Shown here: piece after piece, positions 8,022-16,348 of the stretch
Layout of the letters: every line of letters begins with the position of its first letter
How positions within the stretch are numbered: position 1 is the stretch's first letter
DNA from: Candidatus Brocadia sp.
GTDB lineage: Bacteria > Planctomycetota > Brocadiia > Brocadiales > Brocadiaceae
DNA: 32,000 nucleotides
NCBI GenBank assembly: GCA_021650915.1
Contig: CP091279.1
Coordinates: 300,001 to 332,000 of the forward strand
Direction: 5' to 3'
Translations under genes and position numbers: made by a program
Notes under the pieces: model-generated
Told to the model about the DNA's origin: nothing
Seen by the model: the letters and a program-made list of their open reading frames with translations, nothing else
Database searches by the model: none

Positions 8022-8660
8022 ATGAAGAAAGAACTCGTTCCCTGTCGTTTTGTCATAGTGTTTTTGGTAAGCATACTATCCTTGATACTGAACAACGGAG
8101 TTCATGCAGACTCAATATGGAAAAAGCGGGTTACGACAAATACCAATTTATACAATGATAACCGTGCCAGGGGCATAGGAGATATAGTAACGGTTCAAAT
8201 AAATGAATCCACGGAAATTACCGGCACAGAAGATTCAAGTTCGGATAGCGCTCAAAGCCATAGTGTTAATATCGATACGGCCAATTTTCTTACCAAAGTG
8301 TTGGGAGATACGAGTGGTTATTTGCCAAATATTGATTCAAATACCAGTCATACTTTTAGCGGGAAAGGGGCATATGAGAGCAATCGGAACCTCAGTTTGG
8401 AACTTACCGCGGTTGTAACAGAATTGTTGGCGAACGGAAATTTGATTATTGAAGGGAACCGTGATGTCAATATTAACGGCGAAAAATATAATATCAAGGT
8501 GTCTGGTATTGTAAGACCCATCGATATTAGCACAGACAATATCATCCAGTCATCATCCATTGCTAATGCCAACGTTACCCTTGAAGGAAAAGGGTTTTTG
8601 ACACGGGCGGGGAAGCGGGGTTGGTGGAACAGGATATATGAAGTTATTTGGCCATTTTAA
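8022..8660 (+). CDS. flgH: Flagellar L-ring protein FlgH
   Basis: FlgH motifs LYNDNRARGIGDIVTVQINE, LANGNLIIEGNRDVNINGEKYNIKVSGIVRPIDISTDNII and the C-terminal GWWNRIYEVIWPF. Start 8022 (MKKELV...) gives a normal signal peptide. The upstream ATG at 7959 is also in frame. Confidence 0.85.
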   Translation: MKKELVPCRFVIVFLVSILSLILNNGVHADSIWKKRVTTNTNLYNDNRARGIGDIVTVQINESTEITGTEDSSSDSAQSHSVNIDTANFLTKVLGDTSGYLPNIDSNTSHTFSGKGAYESNRNLSLELTAVVTELLANGNLIIEGNRDVNINGEKYNIKVSGIVRPIDISTDNIIQSSSIANANVTLEGKGFLTRAGKRGWWNRIYEVIWPF

Positions 8661-8746
8661 ACGTTGCTTTCGTGTTGCCAACGGTTCATCATACCAATTC
8701 AAGTAAGTATGCTCAATAAAAAAATAGCTTTCTCTCCGATAAAAAT

Positions 8747-9901
8747 ATGCATCGTATGAAAAATAAGATACATAGCATGAATATGATTTTTGTGTATGCG
8801 CGAATCGGTTTTTTTCTTGTGGTATTTTCGTTTCTTGTTCCCTGTGTTAAATCCGGAAATGCAGCTATGCGTGTTAAGGACATTGCCTACGTAAAAGGAG
8901 TTCGCGATAACCAGCTTTACGGATATGGTCTTGTTGTCGGCCTTCAGGGAACTGGTGATAGCCAGATATTCAGGGTTACAAGGCAGCTGGCAGTAAATAT
9001 TTTTGAAAAACTGGGGGTGTTAATAGCAGAAGCGGATTTTTTATCAAAAAATATTGCCGCGGTTACAGTTACGGTCAACATCCCGGCATTTGCCAGGCCT
9101 GGGGATAAGCTCGACGTCGTTGTTTCTTCTATCGGTGATTCCAAAAGCCTTGAAGGGGGAGTGTTGCTTCAGACCGCTTTGCAAGGTGCTGACAATGAGG
9201 TTTACGCGGTGGCACAGGGACCGCTGTCCATTGGTGGGTATAATATTGAAGGCCAGTCTCAAAGCGTTCGCAAAAATATATCGACGACAGCATATATTTC
9301 AAATGGCGCTATTGTTGAAAAGGAGATTCACTTTTCTATTCTACAAGATAAATCAATAAGCGTTGTCCTGCGCGATCCTGATTTTACAACCGCAAATCGT
9401 TTGGTCGAAGCAATTCATGCGCATTATCCCAATGCAGCCCGAGCGATCGATGCTGCTGTTGTCACGATAGTTCCACCCAAGGAATTTCAGTCAGAGGATG
9501 CGATTATACGGTTTGTGGCAAGCATCGAGGAATTGTATGTTAAGCCAGACAGTATTGCCCGGGTCATTATTAATGAACGCACCGGTACCATCGTTGCCGG
9601 TGAAAATGTCCGGATTTCTACGGTAGCCGTTGCGCACGGGAATTTAAGCATTACCATTACGGAGAAGCCGGAGGTATCACAACCAGGAGCCTTTTCCTCT
9701 GGTCAAACAGCGATAATGCCAAGAACGGAGATCCAGGCGGAGGAGGAGGAGAACAAATTGAATATCATTCAGGAAGGAGTTACCATCGCTGACGTTGCAC
9801 GGGCACTGAATATTTTAGGAGTAACTCCCCGAGATTTGATCTCTATTTTTCAGGCAATCAAAAGGGCGGGAGCTCTTCATGCGGAACTGGTTATCATGTG
9901 A
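8747..9901 (+). CDS. flgI: Flagellar P-ring protein FlgI
   Basis: RVKDIAYVKGVRDNQLYGYGLVVGLQGTGDS and the C-terminal LNILGVTPRDLISIFQAIKRAGALHAELVIM are canonical FlgI. It has an N-terminal signal peptide. The start is ambiguous among ATGs at 8747, 8756, 8777 and 8783. Confidence 0.95.
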   Translation: MHRMKNKIHSMNMIFVYARIGFFLVVFSFLVPCVKSGNAAMRVKDIAYVKGVRDNQLYGYGLVVGLQGTGDSQIFRVTRQLAVNIFEKLGVLIAEADFLSKNIAAVTVTVNIPAFARPGDKLDVVVSSIGDSKSLEGGVLLQTALQGADNEVYAVAQGPLSIGGYNIEGQSQSVRKNISTTAYISNGAIVEKEIHFSILQDKSISVVLRDPDFTTANRLVEAIHAHYPNAARAIDAAVVTIVPPKEFQSEDAIIRFVASIEELYVKPDSIARVIINERTGTIVAGENVRISTVAVAHGNLSITITEKPEVSQPGAFSSGQTAIMPRTEIQAEEEENKLNIIQEGVTIADVARALNILGVTPRDLISIFQAIKRAGALHAELVIM

Positions 9902-10422
9902 CGGCGGCACAGCAGATCCAAAAAGCATGTTTCCCTATTCTGTCAATTTTCATGGAGTATTTTATGGAACATTGTTCATCCGTGAAGTCTCTGCTTCTTT
10001 TACAACCTTCTTGTGTTGATACGATCAAGGCTTTGCGCCAGCAAGAAGGCACAAAAAAAGATGATCTCGCTTTGAAAAAGGCATCGCAGGATTTCGAGTC
10101 AGTGCTTATCAATTTTGTTGTTAGTTCCCTGTGGAAGACGATCCAGAAATCCGATCTCAGCGGTGAGAACGATGGAGGAATGGAGACTTATACAGAAATA
10201 ATGCACGCCACACTTTCGCAGGATATTGCGTCAAAAGGGGGGTTGGGCGTTGCGCCGCTTATATATGAGCAATTGATACGTAACAAGGCATTAGCCGAAG
10301 GAGCGCCAGTGCTGAGTGTGCGAAAGGATGTTGCCTGCACGCAAGGCTCCCCGAGAAAGGGCACGGATAGCGCGCTTTGTTGCACAGAGGAGAAGGGATT
10401 GAAGGGAGTAGTTCAGCCATGA
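9898..10422 (+). CDS. flgJ: FlgJ-like rod-binding protein (N-terminal rod-binding domain only, no muramidase domain)
   Basis: Rod-binding signature ASQDFESVLINFVVSSLWKTIQKS...YTEIMHATLSQDIASKGGLGVAPLIYEQL. The GTG start overlaps the flgI stop (GTGA). In-frame ATGs at 9952 and 9964 are alternative starts. The C-terminal ~45 aa are unrelated to glucosaminidase. Confidence 0.65.
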   Translation: MTAAQQIQKACFPILSIFMEYFMEHCSSVKSLLLLQPSCVDTIKALRQQEGTKKDDLALKKASQDFESVLINFVVSSLWKTIQKSDLSGENDGGMETYTEIMHATLSQDIASKGGLGVAPLIYEQLIRNKALAEGAPVLSVRKDVACTQGSPRKGTDSALCCTEEKGLKGVVQP

Positions 10423-10919
10423 ATGTGTGGTTAGATGAGCTTGTGGACACGCTTGAACGATTGTCCGTTACCTATGAAGATCTCCTTGAAACTGCAAAAA
10501 GAAAACAAAGCAGCTTGATATCAGGAAATATTGAAGCGCTGGAAATGCTGATGTATCAGGAAAAAAACCAGGTGGAAATCGCTCAGCTTCTTGATGAAAA
10601 AAGACAGAATATCGTAAAAAAATATTGTCAGACACATCGAGAAGAAGAGAACAATATAACCTTAACGTCTTTAATAAAGGAAATGGATAATTTGTATAGG
10701 CAAAAAATCTGCGTCCTGCTTGATAAGCTAACCCGGTTAGTAAAGCAACTGCAGGAAATACAACAGACGAACGCGACGCTCATTCACTATTCACTTGAGA
10801 TCACTGATGATATTATCAAAATATTATGTCCTTCCGCATTTCAATACCCGGTTTATCAGCATACGGGGAAAAAACAGGACAATAAGCTTTCCATGGTATT
10901 AATCGATACAGAAATTTAG
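10419..10919 (+). CDS. flgN: FlgN-family export chaperone (for FlgK/FlgL)
   Basis: About 165 aa, helical, with a FlgN-like N terminus (LDELVDTLERLSVTYEDLLETAKRKQSSLISGNIEALEMLMYQEKNQV). Located directly upstream of flgK-flgL. ATG 10419 overlaps the flgJ stop (ATGA) and has GAAGGGAG upstream. The assignment rests on position plus weak motif similarity. Confidence 0.55.
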   Translation: MNVWLDELVDTLERLSVTYEDLLETAKRKQSSLISGNIEALEMLMYQEKNQVEIAQLLDEKRQNIVKKYCQTHREEENNITLTSLIKEMDNLYRQKICVLLDKLTRLVKQLQEIQQTNATLIHYSLEITDDIIKILCPSAFQYPVYQHTGKKQDNKLSMVLIDTEI

Positions 10920-10934
10920 GGGGTAAGTGCCGTT

Positions 10935-12896
10935 ATGTCTTCAGATTTACAAATCGGTTTGAGCGGCTTATTAGCAGCCCAGCGCGCCATGCTGGTAACA
11001 GCCCACAATATTTCGAACGCGAATACCAAAGGTTATACGAGGCAGTCAACCATCATGGCAACAAGACTCCCCTTTGTTACGAATGCAGGTACGATCGGTC
11101 AGGGGGTGGAGTTAGTAAAGATAATCAGGCATAAGGACGAATACCTCAACAATCGCCTGAGAGATATTTCATCATCGCTTGGAAGTGCATCTGTGAACAG
11201 CCAGTATCTCAGGGAGTTGGAAACGGTATTTAATGAAACTTCAGAGGCAAGTCTCAACAATGCATTGGCATCTTTTTTTAAAGGCATAAACGACCTTACC
11301 CAGTACACGGAAAATATGAGTTCGCGGGCAGCCCTTTTTGAAAAGGCCAATACTTTGACAGATAGTTTTCATCGAATACATGATGAGCTTAACCAAATGA
11401 AGATATTTGTTCAACAGAGCATCGAAAACAAAATATCGGAAGTTAATACGCTGTCTGAAAACATTGCACAGCTAAATGAGGAGATATCGGTAACCCATGT
11501 GCGCGGTATCGAAGCCAACGATTTGTTAGATAAGCGCGAGGTGTTGCTTCAGGATCTTAGCAATCTGATAAATATTACCGTGACTACGCAAAATAATGGT
11601 ATGGTGAATGTCTCTACGCAGAGCGGGGTTTTGGTATCAGGCTCCAGTTTTACAAGTCTAGTATCAGAAGTCGATGATTCCGGAGAGATAGAAATCGGAA
11701 ACATCAAGAATAAGAACTCGAAGTATGTTTTTAGTGCGGGCGAAATACAAGGATTACAGGATTTTTATAATGAAACAGCGGTAAGGTACAAAGACAAACT
11801 CGATACCTTGGCATCCGGCCTTATTCGGGAAGTCAATAAAATCCACAGTGAGGGCGTAGGGCTGTCAGGTGGATTTACCAGTCTATTTGCCACAAATGAG
11901 GTATCAAGTACCACGGCAATGTTAAATGCCGCTGGTCTGGGGATAGACCCATCGAGCGGCGACATTTACGTTACAGTAATCAACACGGCGACCGGTGAAG
12001 TCACAAAAAACATACTATCCGTTGATGTTACCACGGACTCCCTGAGTGACGTACAAACTGCTCTTAATGGCGTTGCACACCTATCGGCATCTATTGCAGA
12101 TAATAAACTGAGAATCCTTGCCGAATCAGGGTATCAGTTTAATTTCTCGTATGCCTTGGACCCCGATCCGGGGAATTTGGGAACCTCTGCGGCTTCGGTT
12201 TCCGGTGTCTACACGGGACAGGCAAATGATGTATATACGTTTACCGCCTTAGGGACGGGTACGATTGGGAGCACTGCCGGTCTTCAGGTAGAAGTTAAAA
12301 ACAGCGATGGAGACGTGGTTGCGACGCTTGACGTTGGCAGTGATTACGTACCCGGAAACACACTCACCATTGGCAATGGCGTTTCTCTTTCACTTACTGC
12401 TGGCGCGATCACAACTGGCGATACGTTCTCCTTAGACGTTGTAAATGATTCTGACACGACCAATTTGCTGGCTGCCCTTGGGATAAATGCCTTTTTTCGT
12501 GGAACTGACGCCTCGGATATTGCCGTAGATACAGATATTGCAGATGACGTTTCGCGGATTGCAGCTTCTATCGGTGAGATCGGAAATACCACAAACGCGT
12601 TGCGTCTTGCCGGATTGCAACATAACGCCAGCGCTCTTGAAAATACAACTTTTGCAGACTACCTGCATCAGATTGCATCATCACTGGGAGAGGAAGCCAG
12701 TAATGCTTACCGGTCAGAGGAAAACTTTACTGACCTGGAAACAAGCCTGAGAAACCGAAGAGATGAAATGTCAGGGGTCTCCACGGATGAAGAATTAGTT
12801 AACCTGATAAGATTTCAACAAGCATATCAGGCTTCAGCAAAATACATCTCCATCATTGATGGCCTTGTAGAGAAACTGTTGACTTCAATTGGCTAA
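10935..12896 (+). CDS. flgK: Flagellar hook-associated protein 1 FlgK
   Basis: N terminus LQIGLSGLLAAQRAMLVTAHNISNANTKGYTRQ and C terminus VSTDEELVNLIRFQQAYQASAKYISIIDGLVEKLL are canonical FlgK. 653 aa with a central variable region. Confidence 0.9.
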   Translation: MSSDLQIGLSGLLAAQRAMLVTAHNISNANTKGYTRQSTIMATRLPFVTNAGTIGQGVELVKIIRHKDEYLNNRLRDISSSLGSASVNSQYLRELETVFNETSEASLNNALASFFKGINDLTQYTENMSSRAALFEKANTLTDSFHRIHDELNQMKIFVQQSIENKISEVNTLSENIAQLNEEISVTHVRGIEANDLLDKREVLLQDLSNLINITVTTQNNGMVNVSTQSGVLVSGSSFTSLVSEVDDSGEIEIGNIKNKNSKYVFSAGEIQGLQDFYNETAVRYKDKLDTLASGLIREVNKIHSEGVGLSGGFTSLFATNEVSSTTAMLNAAGLGIDPSSGDIYVTVINTATGEVTKNILSVDVTTDSLSDVQTALNGVAHLSASIADNKLRILAESGYQFNFSYALDPDPGNLGTSAASVSGVYTGQANDVYTFTALGTGTIGSTAGLQVEVKNSDGDVVATLDVGSDYVPGNTLTIGNGVSLSLTAGAITTGDTFSLDVVNDSDTTNLLAALGINAFFRGTDASDIAVDTDIADDVSRIAASIGEIGNTTNALRLAGLQHNASALENTTFADYLHQIASSLGEEASNAYRSEENFTDLETSLRNRRDEMSGVSTDEELVNLIRFQQAYQASAKYISIIDGLVEKLLTSIG

Positions 12897-12940
12897 GGCA
12901 TTGTTTTGTTGTATCGAATAATTTTAAGGGAGTATAAAGC

Positions 12941-13852
12941 ATGTCATTCAGAATAACCCAGGAAAGTATGGGCAGGACAATTCTCTCGAATATTGGTCTC
13001 AATTTGAAAAAAATGCAGGAAATACAGGAAAAACTATCGACCGGGAAACAGATCAACCGACCGTCAGATAACCCTTCGGGCGCAAGAAAAATCCTTGGGC
13101 TAAAGACCGAGGAACTCAAATTCCAACAATTTGCGGAGAACACGGAAATTGCAAGAGAGCGGATGAATTACACACTGAACTCCCTTGAAAATATTCAGAA
13201 CATTCTTCATAAGATCAAAGAACTCGGTATTCAAGCCAGCAATGATACCTTAGGGCAAACTGAGCGCAAGATCCTGGCAAGTGAGTTGAATGAATTACTG
13301 GAGTCAGTTTTGCAATTTACCAATACCGATAATGACGGTCGGTATATATTTGCAGGTACAAAAACTTCTACCATGCCCTTTTTCGCTATGCGGGACAGCG
13401 TGGGAAGAATATCTTCAGTGACATACGCTGGCAATAATGAGGAAATTAACTATCAGATAGGACCAAATACCGATATACAAATAAATATGCCTGGTGGAAC
13501 GGTCTTTCAGGATAAGAGCGTGTTTTCAACGTTGATTTCCATGAGAGATACACTCGAATCAGACACCTTTGATTCTTCGTCCTTTCTAGATTTAAGGAAT
13601 ACCCTTGATACGGCAACGGATGTTTTATCGACAGAAATCACCAATTTTGGAGCAAAGACAAACAGGTTAGAGTTAACTTCGCAGAGTCTTGAAAACCTAC
13701 GCATAACCTTACAAGAATTAATATCATACACAGAAGACGCAGATGTAGCATCATTGATTATGGATTTAAAAAACCAGGAAAACATCCTGCAGTCCTCCCT
13801 GCAAACCGGGGCAAGAGTTATTCAGCCTACCCTCCTCGATTTTCTCAGATAA
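12941..13852 (+). CDS. flgL: Flagellar hook-associated protein 3 FlgL
   Basis: MSFRITQESM...LSTGKQINRPSDNPSGA (the FlgL-type N terminus, not the flagellin SSGLRINSAKDDAAG type) and the C terminus DADVASLIMDLKNQENILQSSLQTGARVIQPTLLDFL. It follows flgK. AGGGAG Shine-Dalgarno. Confidence 0.85.
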   Translation: MSFRITQESMGRTILSNIGLNLKKMQEIQEKLSTGKQINRPSDNPSGARKILGLKTEELKFQQFAENTEIARERMNYTLNSLENIQNILHKIKELGIQASNDTLGQTERKILASELNELLESVLQFTNTDNDGRYIFAGTKTSTMPFFAMRDSVGRISSVTYAGNNEEINYQIGPNTDIQINMPGGTVFQDKSVFSTLISMRDTLESDTFDSSSFLDLRNTLDTATDVLSTEITNFGAKTNRLELTSQSLENLRITLQELISYTEDADVASLIMDLKNQENILQSSLQTGARVIQPTLLDFLR

Positions 13853-14058
13853 GCTGTTGTCCAAAAAATAGTCACACATCGTAAAGAAATTGCACCGAAC
13901 TATCTGTGATAGATGTCAATCCGGAACATTTTTCCCCGCTTCTGCTAAACAACTCCATTTTTCATGAAAATAGTTAGGGCATACAAGTATATCTAACTCT
14001 CATTATTGCAATATCATAAGATTATATTTGTTTGCCGTGCAGCGATGACACTTATTGT

Positions 14059-14074
14059 TGGTATCTTGTTTGCT
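14059..14074 (+). promoter_or_regulatory. sigma54 (RpoN) -24/-12 promoter for fliW-csrA(-TPR)
   Basis: TGGTATcttgtTTGCT has GG at 14060-14061 and GC at 14072-14073, 12 nt apart. It lies 52 nt upstream of fliW ATG 14125, within a 272-bp spacer. Confidence 0.6.
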
Positions 14075-14124
14075 ATTCGTCTATTTGCTCTTACACTATT
14101 TAACACTTTGATAGGAGTCAAAAA

Positions 14125-14589
14125 ATGTTAGAAATGAAAGAAGAATACCGGGAGAACGATAGTATTGTCAGTTTATCAACGGAGAAGTTTGGCAACTTGC
14201 ACATTGAAAAAAAAAATATCATAACCTTTGATGATGGTATGTTGGGTTTTGAAGATTTGAAGCAGTTTGTCATTGTCGATATTGAAGAATGCCTTCCGTT
14301 TGAATGGCTCGTTTCGGTGAAAGATCCTCTTATTGCGTTTCCAATTCTTAATCCAATCCCTTTCTTTACGGATTATAATCCTATGAAGGCCATTAATGAT
14401 CTGACATCTTTAAGCGGTGACAAGAAAGATATTGAAGTATTTTGCACGGTTACCCTGGGCAAGAGCGCTTCAGATGTTACCATAAATCTCAAAGGTCCTG
14501 TTATTATTAACATGAAAGATAAAAAAGGAAAACAATTTGTGTTGACTGAAGATTATTACAGTTTACATCATCCGCTTCTTAGAGCGTAG
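14125..14589 (+). CDS. fliW: Flagellar assembly factor FliW (CsrA antagonist)
   Basis: About 150 aa with FliW-like FGNLHIEKKNIITFDDGMLGFEDLKQFVIV...PFEWLVS...NLKGPVIIN. Located directly upstream of csrA. AGGAG Shine-Dalgarno. Confidence 0.85.
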   Translation: MLEMKEEYRENDSIVSLSTEKFGNLHIEKKNIITFDDGMLGFEDLKQFVIVDIEECLPFEWLVSVKDPLIAFPILNPIPFFTDYNPMKAINDLTSLSGDKKDIEVFCTVTLGKSASDVTINLKGPVIINMKDKKGKQFVLTEDYYSLHHPLLRA

Positions 14590-14616
14590 GTATCAATTTT
14601 TAGAAAGGAAAATATC

Positions 14617-14889
14617 GTGTTGATACTAACACGGAAGTTAGGTGAAAGTATTACCATCGGTGAAGAAATAAGGATTACCGTTGTAGACTGTCAGGGCAAA
14701 CAGGTTAAACTGGGAATTGTTGCGCCAAAGGAAGTTAAGGTTCATCGGGAAGAAATTTATGAAAAGATTCAGGAAGAAAATATGAAGGCTGCAAAGGTAT
14801 CGAAACAGGCGCTTATTGAAGTCGCTCAAAGTATGAAAAAGAAGGAAAAAAAATCAGGTAACAGTAGCAAAGATACGAGTTCTTCTTAA
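14617..14889 (+). CDS. csrA: Carbon storage regulator / translational repressor CsrA (long-tail, FliW-partnered type)
   Basis: [51 protein letters not shown] is canonical CsrA. GTG start behind AAAGGAA. It has an extra ~35-aa C-terminal extension. Confidence 0.95.
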   Translation: MLILTRKLGESITIGEEIRITVVDCQGKQVKLGIVAPKEVKVHREEIYEKIQEENMKAAKVSKQALIEVAQSMKKKEKKSGNSSKDTSSS

Positions 14890-14919
14890 GAAAATATCAA
14901 TAAAAAAAGGGAAAGAGTC

Positions 14920-16044
14920 ATGATAAATACGAACAAAAATATTTTGATAAAACCAGGTGTTGCTAACCAGAATGACATACAAAATTACGATGCTTTTAGA
15001 ACCAGAGTCAACCTTGCAAACAGCGCTATTGAAAAAGGAAACTGGGATGAGGCATATCCTAATTTAAAAGCGGCGGTGGAGATGAATCCTAACTATGCCC
15101 AAGGGTACAATCATTTGGGGGTCTTTTTTACCAGAAATAAAAAATATGAAGAGGCAATTGATAAATTTAAAAAGGCCTTGCAGATCGATTTTTCGATGAC
15201 CGAAGTTCACTATAATCTTGCTTACCTGTATATGGAACGCGAGGAATATAGCACGGCGCTTCCCTATCTGAAGGAAGTTGTCCTGGCGAATTCTGACGAT
15301 TATGAGACCTATTACCTTATGGGCATATGCTGCAGCCGCAGCGACATGAAAAATGAAGCTGAAGCGTTTTTTTCGGAGGCCCATCGATTAAGACCAGAAC
15401 ACATACCATCAGCAATAAATCTTAGCAAGCTCTTGATTAAGAAAACCGATTATACAAAGGCGAAGAATATACTTCTCTATACCTACATGAATGATCCTTC
15501 GCTTCCTGAAGTAAATCTTCTCCTTGGAATTATTTACAAAATGCAAAAAAAACATACGAGAGCAATGCATTATCTGAGGGAAACATTGCTCAAAGATAAA
15601 AATAATGCCGAGGCTTACAACCTGCTTGGTGAATGTTGTGTGGAATCAGGTATGGATAAGCAGGCGGAAGCTTTCTTTTCCATGGCAGTGAAACTCGATA
15701 GCATGTATCGTGAGGCATTTTACAATCTTGGTAATCTTTATTACCGGCAGGAAAAATATGAGAATGCCATTTATGCCCTGGAGGAATATCTCAAAACCAA
15801 AGAGGCCGCTGATACCATCAATTCACTGTGGTCTGAAAATGCCCATACAGACGATAGTGATGTCGTATCGCTTTACAATTTGCTGGGATATTGTTTTCAA
15901 GCGAAGAAAAATCCAATTAAGGCGCGTACTCTATGGGAAAAATCATTAGCCATACAGCCTCTGCAGCAGGACATAAAAGATGAACTGTCAAGACTTCCCC
16001 AATCGCCACTCGGACAAAAAAGGATCAGCCTTCTGATCGATTAG
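14920..16044 (+). CDS. Tetratricopeptide (TPR) repeat protein, no catalytic domain recognisable
   Basis: Serial 34-residue TPR units (for example NPNYAQGYNHLGVFFTRNKKYEEAIDKFKKALQID, EVHYNLAYLYMEREEYSTALPYLKEVV, AEAYNLLGECCVESGMDKQAEAFFSMAVKLD, EAFYNLGNLYYRQEKYENAIYALEEYL). It starts 30 nt after csrA. Confidence 0.85.
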   Translation: MINTNKNILIKPGVANQNDIQNYDAFRTRVNLANSAIEKGNWDEAYPNLKAAVEMNPNYAQGYNHLGVFFTRNKKYEEAIDKFKKALQIDFSMTEVHYNLAYLYMEREEYSTALPYLKEVVLANSDDYETYYLMGICCSRSDMKNEAEAFFSEAHRLRPEHIPSAINLSKLLIKKTDYTKAKNILLYTYMNDPSLPEVNLLLGIIYKMQKKHTRAMHYLRETLLKDKNNAEAYNLLGECCVESGMDKQAEAFFSMAVKLDSMYREAFYNLGNLYYRQEKYENAIYALEEYLKTKEAADTINSLWSENAHTDDSDVVSLYNLLGYCFQAKKNPIKARTLWEKSLAIQPLQQDIKDELSRLPQSPLGQKRISLLID

Positions 16045-16348
16045 CTGTCCTTGTCATTAGTTCCTTTTCCATCCGGTTTTTATCAGGCGGCTGAATACGC
16101 ATGTATCGCTCAGGTTTACAATAAAGAAGCCTATCAATCAACTCGTTCTCCATTTCGTTTTACAGATATTTCGGTATTTATCTTTTATGCGATCTACTGA
16201 AAAATGTTTTCGCCTTTTATAAATATTTCACCATGGATGGTTAACTTCTCCAGCCGATTTTGCGGCTATCTGTTGCAATGGCTATCCTTAAATATTGCCA
16301 GAAAATAAACTCATTGTTTCAGGAAAAAGAACACGGAGTGCCAGTCTG

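Noticed and set aside
8717-8742. Sigma28-like motif TAAA-N14-TCCGATAA in the flgH-flgI spacer
   Set aside because: The spacer is 14 nt rather than 15, and the first -10 base is T rather than G. The predicted TSS (~8750) would fall inside or after the best flgI start codon (8747), which supplies the basic n-region of the signal peptide. An internal promoter is possible but not supportable from sequence alone.
12890-12905. TGGCTAaggcaTTGTt overlapping the flgK stop, a possible internal sigma54 promoter for flgL
   Set aside because: The spacing is correct, but the -12 element reads GT instead of the conserved GC. It is kept out of the feature list and would only be worth testing if a TSS is seen near 12915.
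12941-13852. Whether the 303-aa flagellin-fold protein is the missing flagellin
   Set aside because: The N terminus (RITQ...LSTGKQINRPSDNPSGA) and its position after flgK are FlgL-type. It lacks the flagellin SSGLRINSAKDDAAG-type motif.
16262-16277. Sigma54-like gCGGCTAtctgTTGCA upstream of the first sugar gene
   Set aside because: The spacing is 11 nt, not 12, and the T of the TGG is missing. It is not comparable to the three flagellar sites, so the promoter of the glycan island remains unidentified.
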